DNA of 63,736 nucleotides, filler included, from an uncultured Thermoplasmatales archaeon (lineage in GTDB: Archaea > Thermoplasmatota > E2 > DHVEG-1), in NCBI GenBank assembly GCA_964517155.1. It is 4 parts of 4 records of this genome, joined end to end, with 100 filler letters (N's around TTAATTAATTAA, not from the genome) between each part and the next. Parts side by side here need not be neighbours in the genome. Positions count along the whole stretch, not along the records: positions 28,567 to 57,692 come from CAZFAZ010000040.1; positions 57,793 to 60,748 come from CAZFAZ010000045.1; 2 more parts are not named here. One strand, written 5' to 3'. A program made the position numbers and the translations under genes. Shown here in pieces: positions 48,730 to 59,709 of this stretch (positions are counted from its first letter, which is position 1; each line of letters opens with the position of its first letter). A model generated the notes under the pieces. That model did no database searches and was not told the origin of the DNA. It saw only the letters and a program-made list of their open reading frames with translations.

Positions 48730-50776
48730 TAGCAAATATTTCCCTCAGTGGTATATATGCTAGAAGCACTGCTACAAACAAGAATATTAGAATGCTTGGC
48801 AATATCGGTGGGAAGTTAAACAATGAAAGGTTAAGCCCACCAATTATCATGAATGCAACAATTACACCCATAAGTGCTTCACCAGCAATTAATCCTGCTG
48901 TGAGAAGTAAACCGCTTCTTATAACATTTTCCTTTGGTTTAACATCGGTCTGCTTAATTGCAATCTCCCAATCAGAAATTTCTTCTTCCTCCGCACTACC
49001 ATATTTCTTTGCAATAAATCTATCTGTAACGTGTCTTACTATTCCTCCAAAGAAAATTGGAACACTAAGCGTAAACGGCAAATAAATACCGATTGCAACA
49101 GGTAGAACTGGTAAATCAATAAGTATCAATACAAATGCAAGAACAGCACCTGCAAGTACAAAAGGCCAAACCATGCCTCCGCCAAGAACTCCTTCGACGA
49201 TACCACTCATAAGAAACGCCTGAGGCGCAGGTAAATTAGTACTACCTATTTTATATGCTTGATCAAGTGCCTGAACAACAATTGCAAGGATTGGTGCTGC
49301 TGCAATAACACCAATTATTTTAGATATTTGTAGATTTTTTGGTGTAGCCCCAATCATATGGCCACAAGCAAAAGCTTGAAGTGAATCACCAGAAATTGCA
49401 GCTGCACAACAAATAATTGCAGCAATCAAAATTGCTACACCATATGCACCAACATTTCCAGAAAGACCAAAACCAAGCAAGATAAGTGATGTAATAAGAA
49501 GAACTGCGACAGTTACACCACTAACCGGGTTATTTGAACTGCCAAGTAAACCGGCCATGTAACCAGCAATGGCACTGGCGATAAAAGCAAACAAGATTGC
49601 AAAAACAGCCATTATACCAGATATTGCCCATTCACTAGAGATATAACCATAAACAAGGAAAATTGGTACAGTTAGTGCACCTATTGCAAGAAATACATAT
49701 TTAAAGCTGAGATCCTCATCAATACGTTTTTTAACAGTTGTTTTTCCGCCTTTAATACCAATAATTGCTTCTTTGATTCCATCCCCAAGACTTGAGCGTA
49801 ACTTAAAAATAGTGTAAAGTCCACCAACAACCATTGCACCTACACCTATGTAACGAATGTAACTACCCCAAATCTCAAAAAAACCCCATATACTAGTGCC
49901 AAGATCAAGGTCGCCTGCACCAAGGCTCATTACATCTTTATAGATCTCAGGATCACTTAAATTAGGTGTTGGTAAACCTGTTGCAAGAGCAATAAGTGGT
50001 GCAAGTATAACCCAGCCAATGAGACCTCCTACAAGAATAAAAACAGCTATTTTTGGACCTATTATCCATCCTACACCAAGAAGTGCGGGTGATGTTGCAA
50101 CTCCGCCATATAACACAGCGTCTTTTTCGCCGCCACCAATATCATATTTACCAATATTTATAAGACCATGCACCTGTCCAGCTAAAGAATTTAAACCCAC
50201 TTGTACAAACTTAAAAAGTCCTGCGATAACAACTCCAACAAGAAGCCAAATACCACCTACACCACTTGAAGATTTATCAGCCTTTATTTCTCCACCACCT
50301 ATAGTAGTGGTAAGCACTGCTGAAACAGCAATACCCTCAGGGAACGGCAAATCAGTTTTTATAACAAGTGCACGACGAAGTGGCACCATCCATAAAACAC
50401 CAAGAAGACCACCTAAAAGTGCTATAATTGTTGTCTCAAACCATTGAATTTCTGTCCATGTTTTAAGTATAACAAGAGCAGGTATAGTAAATATTACCCC
50501 TGCAGCAAGTGCTTCACCTGCTGCTGCACCACCCATACCAATATTTACTTCAAGGATAGTCCCCTTGAATGGCTTAAGTAGCGCAAAGGCCATAACTGCC
50601 CCAGGGATAACCGCAGAAACAGTCATACCTGCATACAATCCAAGATATGCATTTGCAGCACCTAAGATTATTGATAAAAGTGCTCCTACTAAAACTGCTT
50701 TTAAAGTTAGTTCAGGTATCTTTTTAGTCGTAGGTATAAATGATTTAAAATCTTCACGTGACGTTTTTTTTGACAT
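48716..50776 (-). CDS. Oligopeptide transporter, OPT family
   Basis: ELTLKA, NAYLGLYAG.T, FPEG, GSSNNPVSG, GATP, LPAPQA, AIGIYLP. Confidence 0.95.
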   Translation of the reverse strand: MSKKTSREDFKSFIPTTKKIPELTLKAVLVGALLSIILGAANAYLGLYAGMTVSAVIPGAVMAFALLKPFKGTILEVNIGMGGAAAGEALAAGVIFTIPALVILKTWTEIQWFETTIIALLGGLLGVLWMVPLRRALVIKTDLPFPEGIAVSAVLTTTIGGGEIKADKSSSGVGGIWLLVGVVIAGLFKFVQVGLNSLAGQVHGLINIGKYDIGGGEKDAVLYGGVATSPALLGVGWIIGPKIAVFILVGGLIGWVILAPLIALATGLPTPNLSDPEIYKDVMSLGAGDLDLGTSIWGFFEIWGSYIRYIGVGAMVVGGLYTIFKLRSSLGDGIKEAIIGIKGGKTTVKKRIDEDLSFKYVFLAIGALTVPIFLVYGYISSEWAISGIMAVFAILFAFIASAIAGYMAGLLGSSNNPVSGVTVAVLLITSLILLGFGLSGNVGAYGVAILIAAIICCAAAISGDSLQAFACGHMIGATPKNLQISKIIGVIAAAPILAIVVQALDQAYKIGSTNLPAPQAFLMSGIVEGVLGGGMVWPFVLAGAVLAFVLILIDLPVLPVAIGIYLPFTLSVPIFFGGIVRHVTDRFIAKKYGSAEEEEISDWEIAIKQTDVKPKENVIRSGLLLTAGLIAGEALMGVIVAFMIIGGLNLSLFNFPPILPSILIFLFVAVLLAYIPLREIFANEKE

Positions 50777-50877
50777 GTTAAACTCCCTAGTACTATTAAT
50801 ATATTACATTATTTATAAAACTATCGGTTTAAATTAATTTTAATATTTAAATATGATATTATAAATATCTATATTTT

Positions 50878-52125
50878 TTAAAATTCCAGAGGATACCTCA
50901 AAATACCTGCAATACCATTAAAAGCAGAATATAAAGAATCACCTTCTTCACTACCCGCAGATATAATTTCTACCTTTGAACTAGTTTTATCAGCTAAATC
51001 TGAAAGTTCATCAATAAGATCTATCTTTTCTTCCATATCCATCTGAGTAGGATTACTACATTTTGGGCAATTAGGATACTTGAAATCCTCAAGATCCTCT
51101 TCAGATATTGTCCTCCATTCAAAATAGTTACAAGTTGGGCAAACTATTTTAACCCTATACCTGCGCAGATTTTCAGATAAAAGAATTATATCTACAGCAC
51201 CCATCTCAAGGGCTTTACGAATCTCAGATTCCCCATAAACTGCAAGGCTTCTTTCAGTTTTGGTCACCTCGTTAAGGAAACGCTTCATAAGTTTTTTCTC
51301 AGAAGAAACCTTAAGATTGGTCATAGTTTCAGAAGCAGCCGAAACAAGCTCCCTAAGACCAAACTCATCAGTATACCCTGTATCAAACGTATCAATTATC
51401 TTATCCTGAATCTCATAATGAAGATAATTTTCCTCAACAAAATACTGTTTAGTAGGACCCGGACCACCAACCATTATACCTTTAATATTTTCCTCCTGCT
51501 TAAAAATTTCACTTGCCGCCTCACCACATGTAACAAACCATTCATGAGCAGCAATTTCAGTAAGACGCTCGAAACGACGTTGAGACTGCCCACCGCGACC
51601 ATGTTTACCTGGCACTTGTGAAGTCATATATTTAAGCATACTTATTCTATTTCCTTTAAGAAGACCGATAGTGCATTCACGTCTATCAATTAAAAAGAGA
51701 CCATAAATTTCTTTTTCAACCATCATTGCCTCAATTGGTTCAAGATAAAATAAAGAATCACAACGGTAAAGAAATGTTGTAATCGGCATCGGCGGCTCAA
51801 TTACATATGCAACCATCTCTGTTTTGTCTGCACCAATGCTTTTATGACCTACAAAAAACACAACACCATTTTCAGGAGGTTGTTTAAAATTCTTAAGACG
51901 ACTCATAATAGATTCAATTGCAGATAAAACATTTTTCATAGTGGTTTTTGATTTAATATTCTGAGATTGAGAATACTCATTACGAAGATATGATGTAACA
52001 TCATAGATTTGTTTGTTTGGTGGAACATACAAAGAAATAAGCTCAGTATGACGGCCTCTACATGCTTTAAGCTCTTCAAGTTTACGCTTAAGAACATATT
52101 TCTGCCGCTGTGTCATCTCAGTCAT
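50878..52125 (-). CDS. prf1: Peptide chain release factor aRF1
   Basis: TELISLY, NIKS, YRCD, GGQSQRRFER. Confidence 0.97.
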   Translation of the reverse strand: MTEMTQRQKYVLKRKLEELKACRGRHTELISLYVPPNKQIYDVTSYLRNEYSQSQNIKSKTTMKNVLSAIESIMSRLKNFKQPPENGVVFFVGHKSIGADKTEMVAYVIEPPMPITTFLYRCDSLFYLEPIEAMMVEKEIYGLFLIDRRECTIGLLKGNRISMLKYMTSQVPGKHGRGGQSQRRFERLTEIAAHEWFVTCGEAASEIFKQEENIKGIMVGGPGPTKQYFVEENYLHYEIQDKIIDTFDTGYTDEFGLRELVSAASETMTNLKVSSEKKLMKRFLNEVTKTERSLAVYGESEIRKALEMGAVDIILLSENLRRYRVKIVCPTCNYFEWRTISEEDLEDFKYPNCPKCSNPTQMDMEEKIDLIDELSDLADKTSSKVEIISAGSEEGDSLYSAFNGIAGILRYPLEF

Positions 52126-52190
52126 TTTTCTCACTTCAATTTTATATTTTTAAATATCTCTTATGAATAAATAAGTTTTATCAAAAAACG

Positions 52191-53438
52191 CTACAAGTTT
52201 ACTATTTCGCCTGTTTTAGGAGATAAAACCTCAGCAAACTCACTAAGTGGCTCAACTAATGCTTCACGATTATCACTATGCATGAGAATAATTTTTTCAG
52301 GACCACATTTCTTTGCAAAATCAATAAGTTCACTATGGCCTGCATGAGCAGAAAAATCAAAATATTCAACTTCACAAAGAACTTTTTCTTTAACACCATA
52401 AAAATCAAGCATTTTATGATCAACAAGAAGACGAGAGTTGCTTTCAGGGACTTGATACCCTGTTAAAATCACAGCGTTTTTCCTATCGTCCTTAAGAGCA
52501 CGCATATAACTAAGAACAGGACCTCCATCCATCATACCGCTAGATGTAAGGATAACATCTGCTTTTTTTACAGCAAGCTTTCTACCATGATCAGAATGAA
52601 CCAGGTTAATTTTATTAATAGCCTTGCGCAACTCATCAGGTGATTTTAAAAAACGAGGATATTTTAAAAAAATCTTTGAAACTTTACGCCCCATGCCATC
52701 AAACCAAACATTATAACCAGATTTTCTTAAAACCATTGCAATCTCCTGAGAACGAGAAACTGCAAAAGCAGGAAGAACTGCAATACCGCCACGGGTTACC
52801 ACTTCATCTATTTTATCAAGCATACTTTTTTCAATTTCCTGCCTTTTTGCAGGATGATCTCGCCCAGCATATGTTCCTTCAAGAAATAAATAGTCACATG
52901 GGACAGGATGTGTACCACGTACAATATTAGTATCAACTGTATTAAAATCACCAGTAAATAGAATCCTTTTATCTCCAACTATTTCAAACATAATAGAGCC
53001 AGGTATATGCCCTGCATCATGAAATTTTACTTCATTACTATCCCCTAATTCTCTTTTTTGTTTAGGAGCAATAGGTGTTACTGCATGTTTTGCTTCTTTG
53101 ATATCTGCAGTAGTATAAGGTGCAGCATAACCTTCACTTTTTGCAATTGAGATACTGTCTTTATGTAAAAGATTTGCAACTTCGCCGGTGATTTTTGTTG
53201 TAAGGATTTTTTGGTCGAATCTGGAAAAAAGCCATGGTATCATACCTGAATGATCAAGATGTGCATGAGTAAGCATTATAATATCAACTGGATCTGGCGG
53301 CATCGGGTAACTTGGAGGTTTTCCTGGACTCATACCATATTCAAATAATATTTTTATATCCTCTAACTCTAAAGTCATTGCAAGGCGCCCTACTTCTTCT
53401 ACGCCACCATGAAATTGAAATTTATAGCCATTATTCAT
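52191..53438 (-). CDS. beta-CASP metallo-beta-lactamase ribonuclease (aCPSF2-like)
   Basis: THAHLDHSG, AGHIPGS, FTGD, EGTY, FSAHAG. Confidence 0.9.
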   Translation of the reverse strand: MNNGYKFQFHGGVEEVGRLAMTLELEDIKILFEYGMSPGKPPSYPMPPDPVDIIMLTHAHLDHSGMIPWLFSRFDQKILTTKITGEVANLLHKDSISIAKSEGYAAPYTTADIKEAKHAVTPIAPKQKRELGDSNEVKFHDAGHIPGSIMFEIVGDKRILFTGDFNTVDTNIVRGTHPVPCDYLFLEGTYAGRDHPAKRQEIEKSMLDKIDEVVTRGGIAVLPAFAVSRSQEIAMVLRKSGYNVWFDGMGRKVSKIFLKYPRFLKSPDELRKAINKINLVHSDHGRKLAVKKADVILTSSGMMDGGPVLSYMRALKDDRKNAVILTGYQVPESNSRLLVDHKMLDFYGVKEKVLCEVEYFDFSAHAGHSELIDFAKKCGPEKIILMHSDNREALVEPLSEFAEVLSPKTGEIVNL

Positions 53439-53564
53439 TTTGTTTTAACCGCATCTGGGAAAAAATAAGGAGTTGTTAAATGTTTGTATGAAAACAACTT
53501 ATTTGTTTTTGAGTAAAGAGTTTTAATACATGAAAACATTTAGGGGTTTTGAGGAAATAGGTTT

Positions 53565-54854
53565 ATGTCTGAGATAATTAAAGTTAGAGCCCGTGAAGTT
53601 CTTGATTCTCGTGGAAACCCAACTGTTGAAGCAGATATTGTAACAAGTGAAGGTGTTTTTCGCGCTATGACGCCAAGTGGGGCAAGCGCTGGTCAACATG
53701 AAGCACTTGAGCTTCGTGATGATGATAAATCACGTTATCTTGGAAAAGGAACCTTAAAAGCAGTAAAAAATGTAAAAAATATTATTGCTCCAAAACTTAT
53801 CGGTCTCGATCCTGTTGCACAAGAAACAATTGATAATATTATGTTAAAACTCGATGGTACTGAAAACAAGGATAAACTTGGCGCTAACTCAATACTCCCG
53901 GTTAGCATGGCTGTATGCAAAGCAGGTGCAGCGTCAAAAGGTCTTGCATTGTTTGAGTATATTGGCGAATTATTTGGCGTTATACCACATATGTTGCCAG
54001 TTCCAATGTGCAACGTGATAAATGGTGGAAAACATGCAGGTCAAGAAAACAGCATACAAGAACATATGTTAATGCCTACTGGTGCCAAATATTTCTGTGA
54101 AGGTATTCGTATGATTTCTGAATCTTATCATCATCTTGCAAAACTTTTAAAAGAAAAATATGGGGCAGGTGCGGCATTAATTGGTGATGAGGGCGGTTTT
54201 GCACCTTCTCAAATGACTTTAGTAGAAGATAGATTTGATATAATGTTAAAAGCTGTTGAAAATGCTGGTTACAGTGGGCTTATGAGAATTGCCTTGGATC
54301 CTGCGAGTAGTGAATTTTTTTATGATGGCGCATATAAAATTGGTAAAAAATCTTTTTCTGGAGGAGAGCTGGTTGATTTTTATGTTGATCTTTGTAAAAA
54401 ATATCCAATTGTAAGTTTGGAGGATGGTCTTGCAGAAGATGACTGGGACAGTTGGGTTTTATTGACTAAAAAACTTGGAAATAAAGTTCAAATTGTTGGT
54501 GATGATTTATTTGTTACAAATACTAAACGTATACAGAAAGGAATTAAACTTGGTGCTGCAAATTCTGTTCTTATAAAGCTTAATCAGATTGGCAGTGTAA
54601 CAGAAACACTTAATGCAATTAAAATGGCTCATGATCAGGGTTGGACAGCGGTTGTTAGTCATAGGAGTGGTGAAACAGAGGATAGTTTTATTGCAGATCT
54701 TGTCGTGGGAACCAGTGCTGGACAAATTAAAACAGGTGCTCCTGCTCGCTCTGATAGAAATGCTAAATATAATCAACTTTTAAGAATCGAGGAAGAACTT
54801 GGTGATGAGGCAGAATATCCTGGTATTGATTTTAGGCTTGATCATTTAGCATAA
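53565..54854 (+). CDS. eno: Enolase
   Basis: [30 protein letters not shown]. Confidence 0.98.
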   Translation: MSEIIKVRAREVLDSRGNPTVEADIVTSEGVFRAMTPSGASAGQHEALELRDDDKSRYLGKGTLKAVKNVKNIIAPKLIGLDPVAQETIDNIMLKLDGTENKDKLGANSILPVSMAVCKAGAASKGLALFEYIGELFGVIPHMLPVPMCNVINGGKHAGQENSIQEHMLMPTGAKYFCEGIRMISESYHHLAKLLKEKYGAGAALIGDEGGFAPSQMTLVEDRFDIMLKAVENAGYSGLMRIALDPASSEFFYDGAYKIGKKSFSGGELVDFYVDLCKKYPIVSLEDGLAEDDWDSWVLLTKKLGNKVQIVGDDLFVTNTKRIQKGIKLGAANSVLIKLNQIGSVTETLNAIKMAHDQGWTAVVSHRSGETEDSFIADLVVGTSAGQIKTGAPARSDRNAKYNQLLRIEEELGDEAEYPGIDFRLDHLA

Positions 54855-54901
54855 ATATTATTATATCTTTTTAGATACCTGTTCTTTGGGGTTGAATCAT
54901 T

Positions 54902-55855
54902 ATGAAAGTATTAATAACTGATAAAATGGCAGAAGAAGCCGTTCAAGTTTTAAAAAAAGCAGGCCACGATGTAACATTTGATGAGATGGATGCTGCAACT
55001 CTTTTAAATGAAATAGGGAAATATGATGCACTTATGATACGCAGTCGTACAAAAGCTGTAAAAGAAGTTGTTGATGCTGGTGCAAAAGGAAAACTTAAAG
55101 TAATTGGCCGTGCAGGAATTGGTGTAGACAATGTCGATATAGAAACTGCAGGCAAAAATAAAATCCCAGTAGTAAATGCTCCAACTGGTGCGACAGCTAG
55201 TGTTGCAGAACTAACAATTGGCCATATGCTTACTCTTTCAAGATATATTTCTTATGCAGATAAAACAATGAAAAAAGGAGAATGGGCAAAAAAACAACTA
55301 AAAGGCTTTGAGCTTGATGGAAAAACTCTAGGCCTTATCGGTACTGGAAACATTGGAAGATATACTGCAAAGCTTGCAAAGTGTTTTGGAATGAAAGTAA
55401 TCGGTTATGATCCATTTATCTCAAAAGAAGACATGAAAAAAGATGGAATCGAAAAAATAGAAGAAGTATCAAATGTAATGCAGAAATCTGATTATATAAG
55501 CCTGCATGTTCCACATATTCCTACAACACATCACATTGTAAACGAAGAGATGATTGCAAAAATGAAGCCTTCTGCTTATCTGATAAACTGTGCTCGTGGC
55601 GGAACGGTTGATGAAAAAGCATTATACAATGCTTTAAAAAACAAAAAAATTGCAGGTGCGGCACTTGACGTATACGAAAAAGAGCCACCTGAAAAAAGTC
55701 CTTTATTTGAGCTTGGTAATGTTGTAATGACACCACATATTGGTGCAAACACAAAGGAAGGGCAAATAAAAGCAGGAACAATTTGCGCGGAGCAGATAAA
55801 TAAAGTTCTTGCCGGTAAAAAACCTGATTATTGTGTAAATAAAAAGTTTTTGTAA
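54902..55855 (+). CDS. serA: D-3-phosphoglycerate dehydrogenase / D-2-hydroxyacid dehydrogenase
   Basis: RAGIGVDN, GTGNIG, NCARGG, TPHIGA. Confidence 0.85.
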   Translation: MKVLITDKMAEEAVQVLKKAGHDVTFDEMDAATLLNEIGKYDALMIRSRTKAVKEVVDAGAKGKLKVIGRAGIGVDNVDIETAGKNKIPVVNAPTGATASVAELTIGHMLTLSRYISYADKTMKKGEWAKKQLKGFELDGKTLGLIGTGNIGRYTAKLAKCFGMKVIGYDPFISKEDMKKDGIEKIEEVSNVMQKSDYISLHVPHIPTTHHIVNEEMIAKMKPSAYLINCARGGTVDEKALYNALKNKKIAGAALDVYEKEPPEKSPLFELGNVVMTPHIGANTKEGQIKAGTICAEQINKVLAGKKPDYCVNKKFL

Positions 55856-55924
55856 AATTATTTTTTCTTTAATTTATTTTTTTATGGAAAACCTTAAAGA
55901 TAGAAGACTGCTTTTATCGCTAGT

Positions 55925-56629
55925 ATGAAAAACTTGGATAAAATAGTAGATAAAATCGAGAAAAACATTGATGGAAAAGATAAAATTCGCGAACAAGCAC
56001 TTAGATATAGCCGTGAAATAATTATTTCTTGTCGCAAAGCAATCCAAAGTGTACATCAGAATAAAATGAAAGATGCACAAAACAACATTAAAAACGCATC
56101 TTCAAACTTGCAAACACTTTATGATATGACAAAACCACATCCTGATCTTTTTCATGCCGGTTTTGTAGAAAATGCTGCTCAAGAACTAGTTGAAGCAAGT
56201 TGTCTATATAATATTATTAAAGGAGAAGAGCTGCCAGACCCTGATGATCTGCAGACAACATATAGCAGTTATCTTATGGGCCTATGTGATCTTGTAGGTG
56301 AACTACGCCGTACCGCCTTAGACAGCATTCGTAAAGGAGACGCAAAAAAAGCAGATGAATGTCTAACTATGATGGAAGAAATATATGATGTAATTATCCG
56401 TTTTGATTACCCTTCAGGTTTACTGCCAATTAAAAAGAAACAAGACATGGTAAGAGGACTTATCGAAAGAACACGCGGGGAGCTTGCTGTAGCAAGTTGC
56501 GAGAGACGTATTGAATATCGCAATAGTGAATTTCGAGGAATGCTTGACCATGCAAATGGTAGTAAAAAGAAAAAAATAAATGTTAAAGATGAAGAGTCAA
56601 ACGAGCTTAATATCGATGATATTTGGTAG
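55925..56629 (+). CDS. Translin/C3PO family protein
   Basis: QELVEA, YLMGLCDLVGELRR. Confidence 0.9.
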   Translation: MKNLDKIVDKIEKNIDGKDKIREQALRYSREIIISCRKAIQSVHQNKMKDAQNNIKNASSNLQTLYDMTKPHPDLFHAGFVENAAQELVEASCLYNIIKGEELPDPDDLQTTYSSYLMGLCDLVGELRRTALDSIRKGDAKKADECLTMMEEIYDVIIRFDYPSGLLPIKKKQDMVRGLIERTRGELAVASCERRIEYRNSEFRGMLDHANGSKKKKINVKDEESNELNIDDIW

Positions 56630-56722
56630 TTTAAATACTAAACTCTTTTTTTCTCCTTATCATCAATCCAAACGTTTATAAAAGGCCTTTATATACTTCA
56701 GAATCTAAAAGGCTTGTATAAT

Positions 56723-57268
56723 ATGACTAAGATAAAAATTGAAAACATTGTTGCATATGCACAAGTTTCAGAGTTACTTGATATCGAGATTTTATCTCAA
56801 AAAATAGCAGGTTCAAGTTATAATCCTGATGAATTTAATGGTTTATCTGTCAAATACGACCAAGATAAAATCGCAGTTATCGTTCTTAACAACGGAAAAG
56901 TTGTTTGCACTGGTTCAAAATCTATAGATGATACAAGTGATAAAATTAAAAAAATTACAAGTCAAATAAAAAAAATTGGCTTTGACGTTAAAAAAAACTA
57001 TGATATACAAATAGAAAACATTATAGTTTCAGCAGATCTTAAAAAAGAACTGCATCTAGCAAGTATTGCAACAGGCTTTGCACTTCAAAACGTGGATTAT
57101 CATCCTGAAGATTTTCCTGGTTTAATTTATAGGATGGACGATATATGCACAGTTTTACTTATATTTAGCTCTGGTAAAATAGTTTGTACTGGTGCTAAAA
57201 ATATTGATGATGCGACTAATGCTGTTAAAAAAATGGAAGAAAAACTTTTATCAATAGGAGCGTTATAA
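56723..57268 (+). CDS. tbp: TATA-binding protein, divergent paralogue
   Basis: Two TBP repeats IENIVA..GKVVCTG / IENII..YHPEDFPGL..FSSGKIVCTG. Confidence 0.9.
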   Translation: MTKIKIENIVAYAQVSELLDIEILSQKIAGSSYNPDEFNGLSVKYDQDKIAVIVLNNGKVVCTGSKSIDDTSDKIKKITSQIKKIGFDVKKNYDIQIENIIVSADLKKELHLASIATGFALQNVDYHPEDFPGLIYRMDDICTVLLIFSSGKIVCTGAKNIDDATNAVKKMEEKLLSIGAL

Positions 57269-57294
57269 AAAAATATTAGGGAGGAAAAAAATTT

Positions 57295-57692
57295 ATGCCA
57301 GAAGTAATAGTTGAAAATATTGTTGCATCTACATCTTTTGCAGATAAACTGGATTTAGATGTAATAGCACAATCGTTAGAAGAAGCTGAATACGAGCCAG
57401 AACAATTCCCAGGTTTAGTATACCGTCTACTTGAACCAAAAACCGCTACACTACTATTCAGAAGTGGAAAAGCAAACTGTACCGGCGCAAAAAACGTTGA
57501 AGACGTAAAAAAAACAGTAAATATTATTGCAGATAAACTTAGAAAACTTGGCGTTGAAGTCTACAAAGATAAAGATTTGAAAATTGTTATACAAAATATT
57601 GTAGCAATTTCTGATCTTGGAACCGAGCTTAATCTTAACGAGGTTGCAATGGGCCTTGGTCTTGAAAATGTAGAATATGAACCTGAACAATT
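57295..57692 (+). CDS. tbp: TATA-binding protein, canonical (partial, cut by gap)
   Basis: ENIVAS, YEPEQFPGL, LFRSGK..CTG, QNIVA. Confidence 0.95.
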
Positions 57693-57792
57693 NNNNNNNN
57701 NNNNNNNNNNNNNNNNNNNNNNNNNNNNNNNNNNNNTTAATTAATTAANNNNNNNNNNNNNNNNNNNNNNNNNNNNNNNNNNNNNNNNNNNN
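57693..57792. other. Artificial contig-join spacer
   Basis: N-TTAATTAATTAA-N. Confidence 0.97.
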
Positions 57793-57794
57793 AA

Positions 57795-58586
57795 GATTTT
57801 AATTTTATAAAAGAAGATTTACTAAACAAAAAAGAAGTTGAAAACGCAGTAAAGGGCCATGATGTTGTTTTTCATATTGCAGCTAATCCTGATGTTAGAG
57901 GTGGTGCTGATGATCCATCTATTGCTGAAAAAGATATGCAGGCATCATATAATTTGCTTGATTCAATGAGAAAGACAGATGTTAAAAAAATAGTTTTTTC
58001 ATCAAGTAGTGTTATATATGGTGAAACGCCAGAGAAACCACTTCCTGAAGATTATGGTCCACTTTTACCTATTTCAGTATATGGTGCAGCAAAGCTTGCT
58101 TCAGAAGGAATGATTAGTTCTTTTGCTCACACATTTGACATGCAGGGATGGATATATAGATTTGCAAATGTAGTAGGAATACGCGGGACACATGGTGTTA
58201 TAGTTGATTTTATAAATAAACTAAAGAAAAATCCTCATGAACTTAAGATACTCGGTGATGGAAAACAAAAAAAGCCTTATCTTTATGTAACTGAATGTGT
58301 GGATGGAATCTTACATGGGTTTATGAATTCAGATGAAGGAATCAATGTATTTAACTTAGGTGTTGATTCAACAACTAGGGTTACACGGATAGGTGAACTA
58401 GTAGTTGAAGAAATGGATCTAGGCGATGTTGAATTCAAATACACCGGTGGAAAACGCGGATGGAAAGGAGATGTACCACATTTTCAGTTTGATATAACTA
58501 AAATCAAAGAACTTGGATGGAAGCCAGAGCTTTCATCTGATGAAGCAGTTAGAAAAGCTGTAAAAGATATTCTTAATAGTTGTTAA
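57795..58586 (+). CDS. NAD-dependent epimerase/dehydratase (5' partial)
   Basis: Frame open from contig start: VFHIAANPDVR, SSSSVIYG, YGAAK, RFANVVG. Confidence 0.92.
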   Translation, partial: DFNFIKEDLLNKKEVENAVKGHDVVFHIAANPDVRGGADDPSIAEKDMQASYNLLDSMRKTDVKKIVFSSSSVIYGETPEKPLPEDYGPLLPISVYGAAKLASEGMISSFAHTFDMQGWIYRFANVVGIRGTHGVIVDFINKLKKNPHELKILGDGKQKKPYLYVTECVDGILHGFMNSDEGINVFNLGVDSTTRVTRIGELVVEEMDLGDVEFKYTGGKRGWKGDVPHFQFDITKIKELGWKPELSSDEAVRKAVKDILNSC

Positions 58587-59115
58587 TAATCCACTTACTT
58601 GCATCATATAAGTTTTCTGCGATATAATCAGGTTTAATCTTTTTTTCCTCTTTCATCTCTTTTTTACCTAGTTTAGAGGGAATAATAATAGAACGAGTTC
58701 CCACCTTTTTACCTACTTTTACATCCATCATCCTGTCCCCTACCATAAAGGATTTCTTTGGATCAATATCATGATCCTTTATTGCCTGAAGCAGCATACC
58801 TGGTGCAGGTTTTCTACAGTTACATCCATCATCAGGGTGATGTGGACAATAATAGATATCTACTATTTTTCCACCTTTTTTTTCTATTTCTTTTACCATA
58901 TTAGAATGCATTTCTTCAAGTTCAGTTACACTCGTCATACCACGTGCAATAACCGATTGATTGGTAATTACAATAACATTAAAATTATTCTTTGTAAGAA
59001 GCTTTATTGCATCTTTTGCTTTTGGCAAAAAATGAAATTCATCCCAAGATTTTATATGATCAGGGCTATCCTTACTTATTACTCCATCTCTATCAAGAAA
59101 TACTACCTTTTCCAT
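58573..59115 (-). CDS. gmhB: D-glycero-manno-heptose bisphosphate phosphatase
   Basis: FLDRDGV, TNQS, CPHHP..CNCRKP, VGD. Confidence 0.92.
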   Translation of the reverse strand: MEKVVFLDRDGVISKDSPDHIKSWDEFHFLPKAKDAIKLLTKNNFNVIVITNQSVIARGMTSVTELEEMHSNMVKEIEKKGGKIVDIYYCPHHPDDGCNCRKPAPGMLLQAIKDHDIDPKKSFMVGDRMMDVKVGKKVGTRSIIIPSKLGKKEMKEEKKIKPDYIAENLYDASKWIINNY

Positions 59116-59130
59116 TAAATATCACAATAC

Positions 59131-59691
59131 CTATATTTTTTCTTTGTTTTTAAAAAAACATGCAATCAAATGAGTCAAAGACAGATGAATATCCTCAACT
59201 ATTTCCATACAATCTGATTTCACATGTATTGTGTAATCTGCGATATTCTTTAATTTTCCACCGTCAAAACCACAGAAACCAATTGTTGTTGCACCATGTT
59301 TTTTAGCGTAATCTATTGCGTTTAAAACATTTTCTGAGTTGCCGCTTCCACTGATGCCAATGACAACATCATCTTTTTTTAGTAAATTTTTAAGTTGTTC
59401 ATCGAAAATATGTTGAAAACCATAATCGTTTCCATATGCAAGCAAGTTTGGGATGTTATCAGTAAGACCTATGGCTCTAAATCTCTTACAACCTTCTGCA
59501 TTTGCACCCTGGGTTAGACCATTAACAAAATGTGAAGCATTAGATGCACTACCGCCATTTCCCATTATATAAATCGTTTTATCGTTTTTTCTTGCGTTAT
59601 CAATTATTTTTATTACATTCAATATTTCTTCTTCAGAAACAGATGAATAAACATCTTTTACATCTTTGATATATTTTTGTACAAAACTCAT
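59131..59691 (-). CDS. gmhA: Sedoheptulose-7-phosphate isomerase (SIS)
   Basis: GNGGSA, GNDYG, ISGSGNS.NV, EDIH. Confidence 0.9.
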   Translation of the reverse strand: MSFVQKYIKDVKDVYSSVSEEEILNVIKIIDNARKNDKTIYIMGNGGSASNASHFVNGLTQGANAEGCKRFRAIGLTDNIPNLLAYGNDYGFQHIFDEQLKNLLKKDDVVIGISGSGNSENVLNAIDYAKKHGATTIGFCGFDGGKLKNIADYTIHVKSDCMEIVEDIHLSLTHLIACFFKNKEKI

Positions 59692-59709
59692 AACAAATCA
59701 CATCATAAA

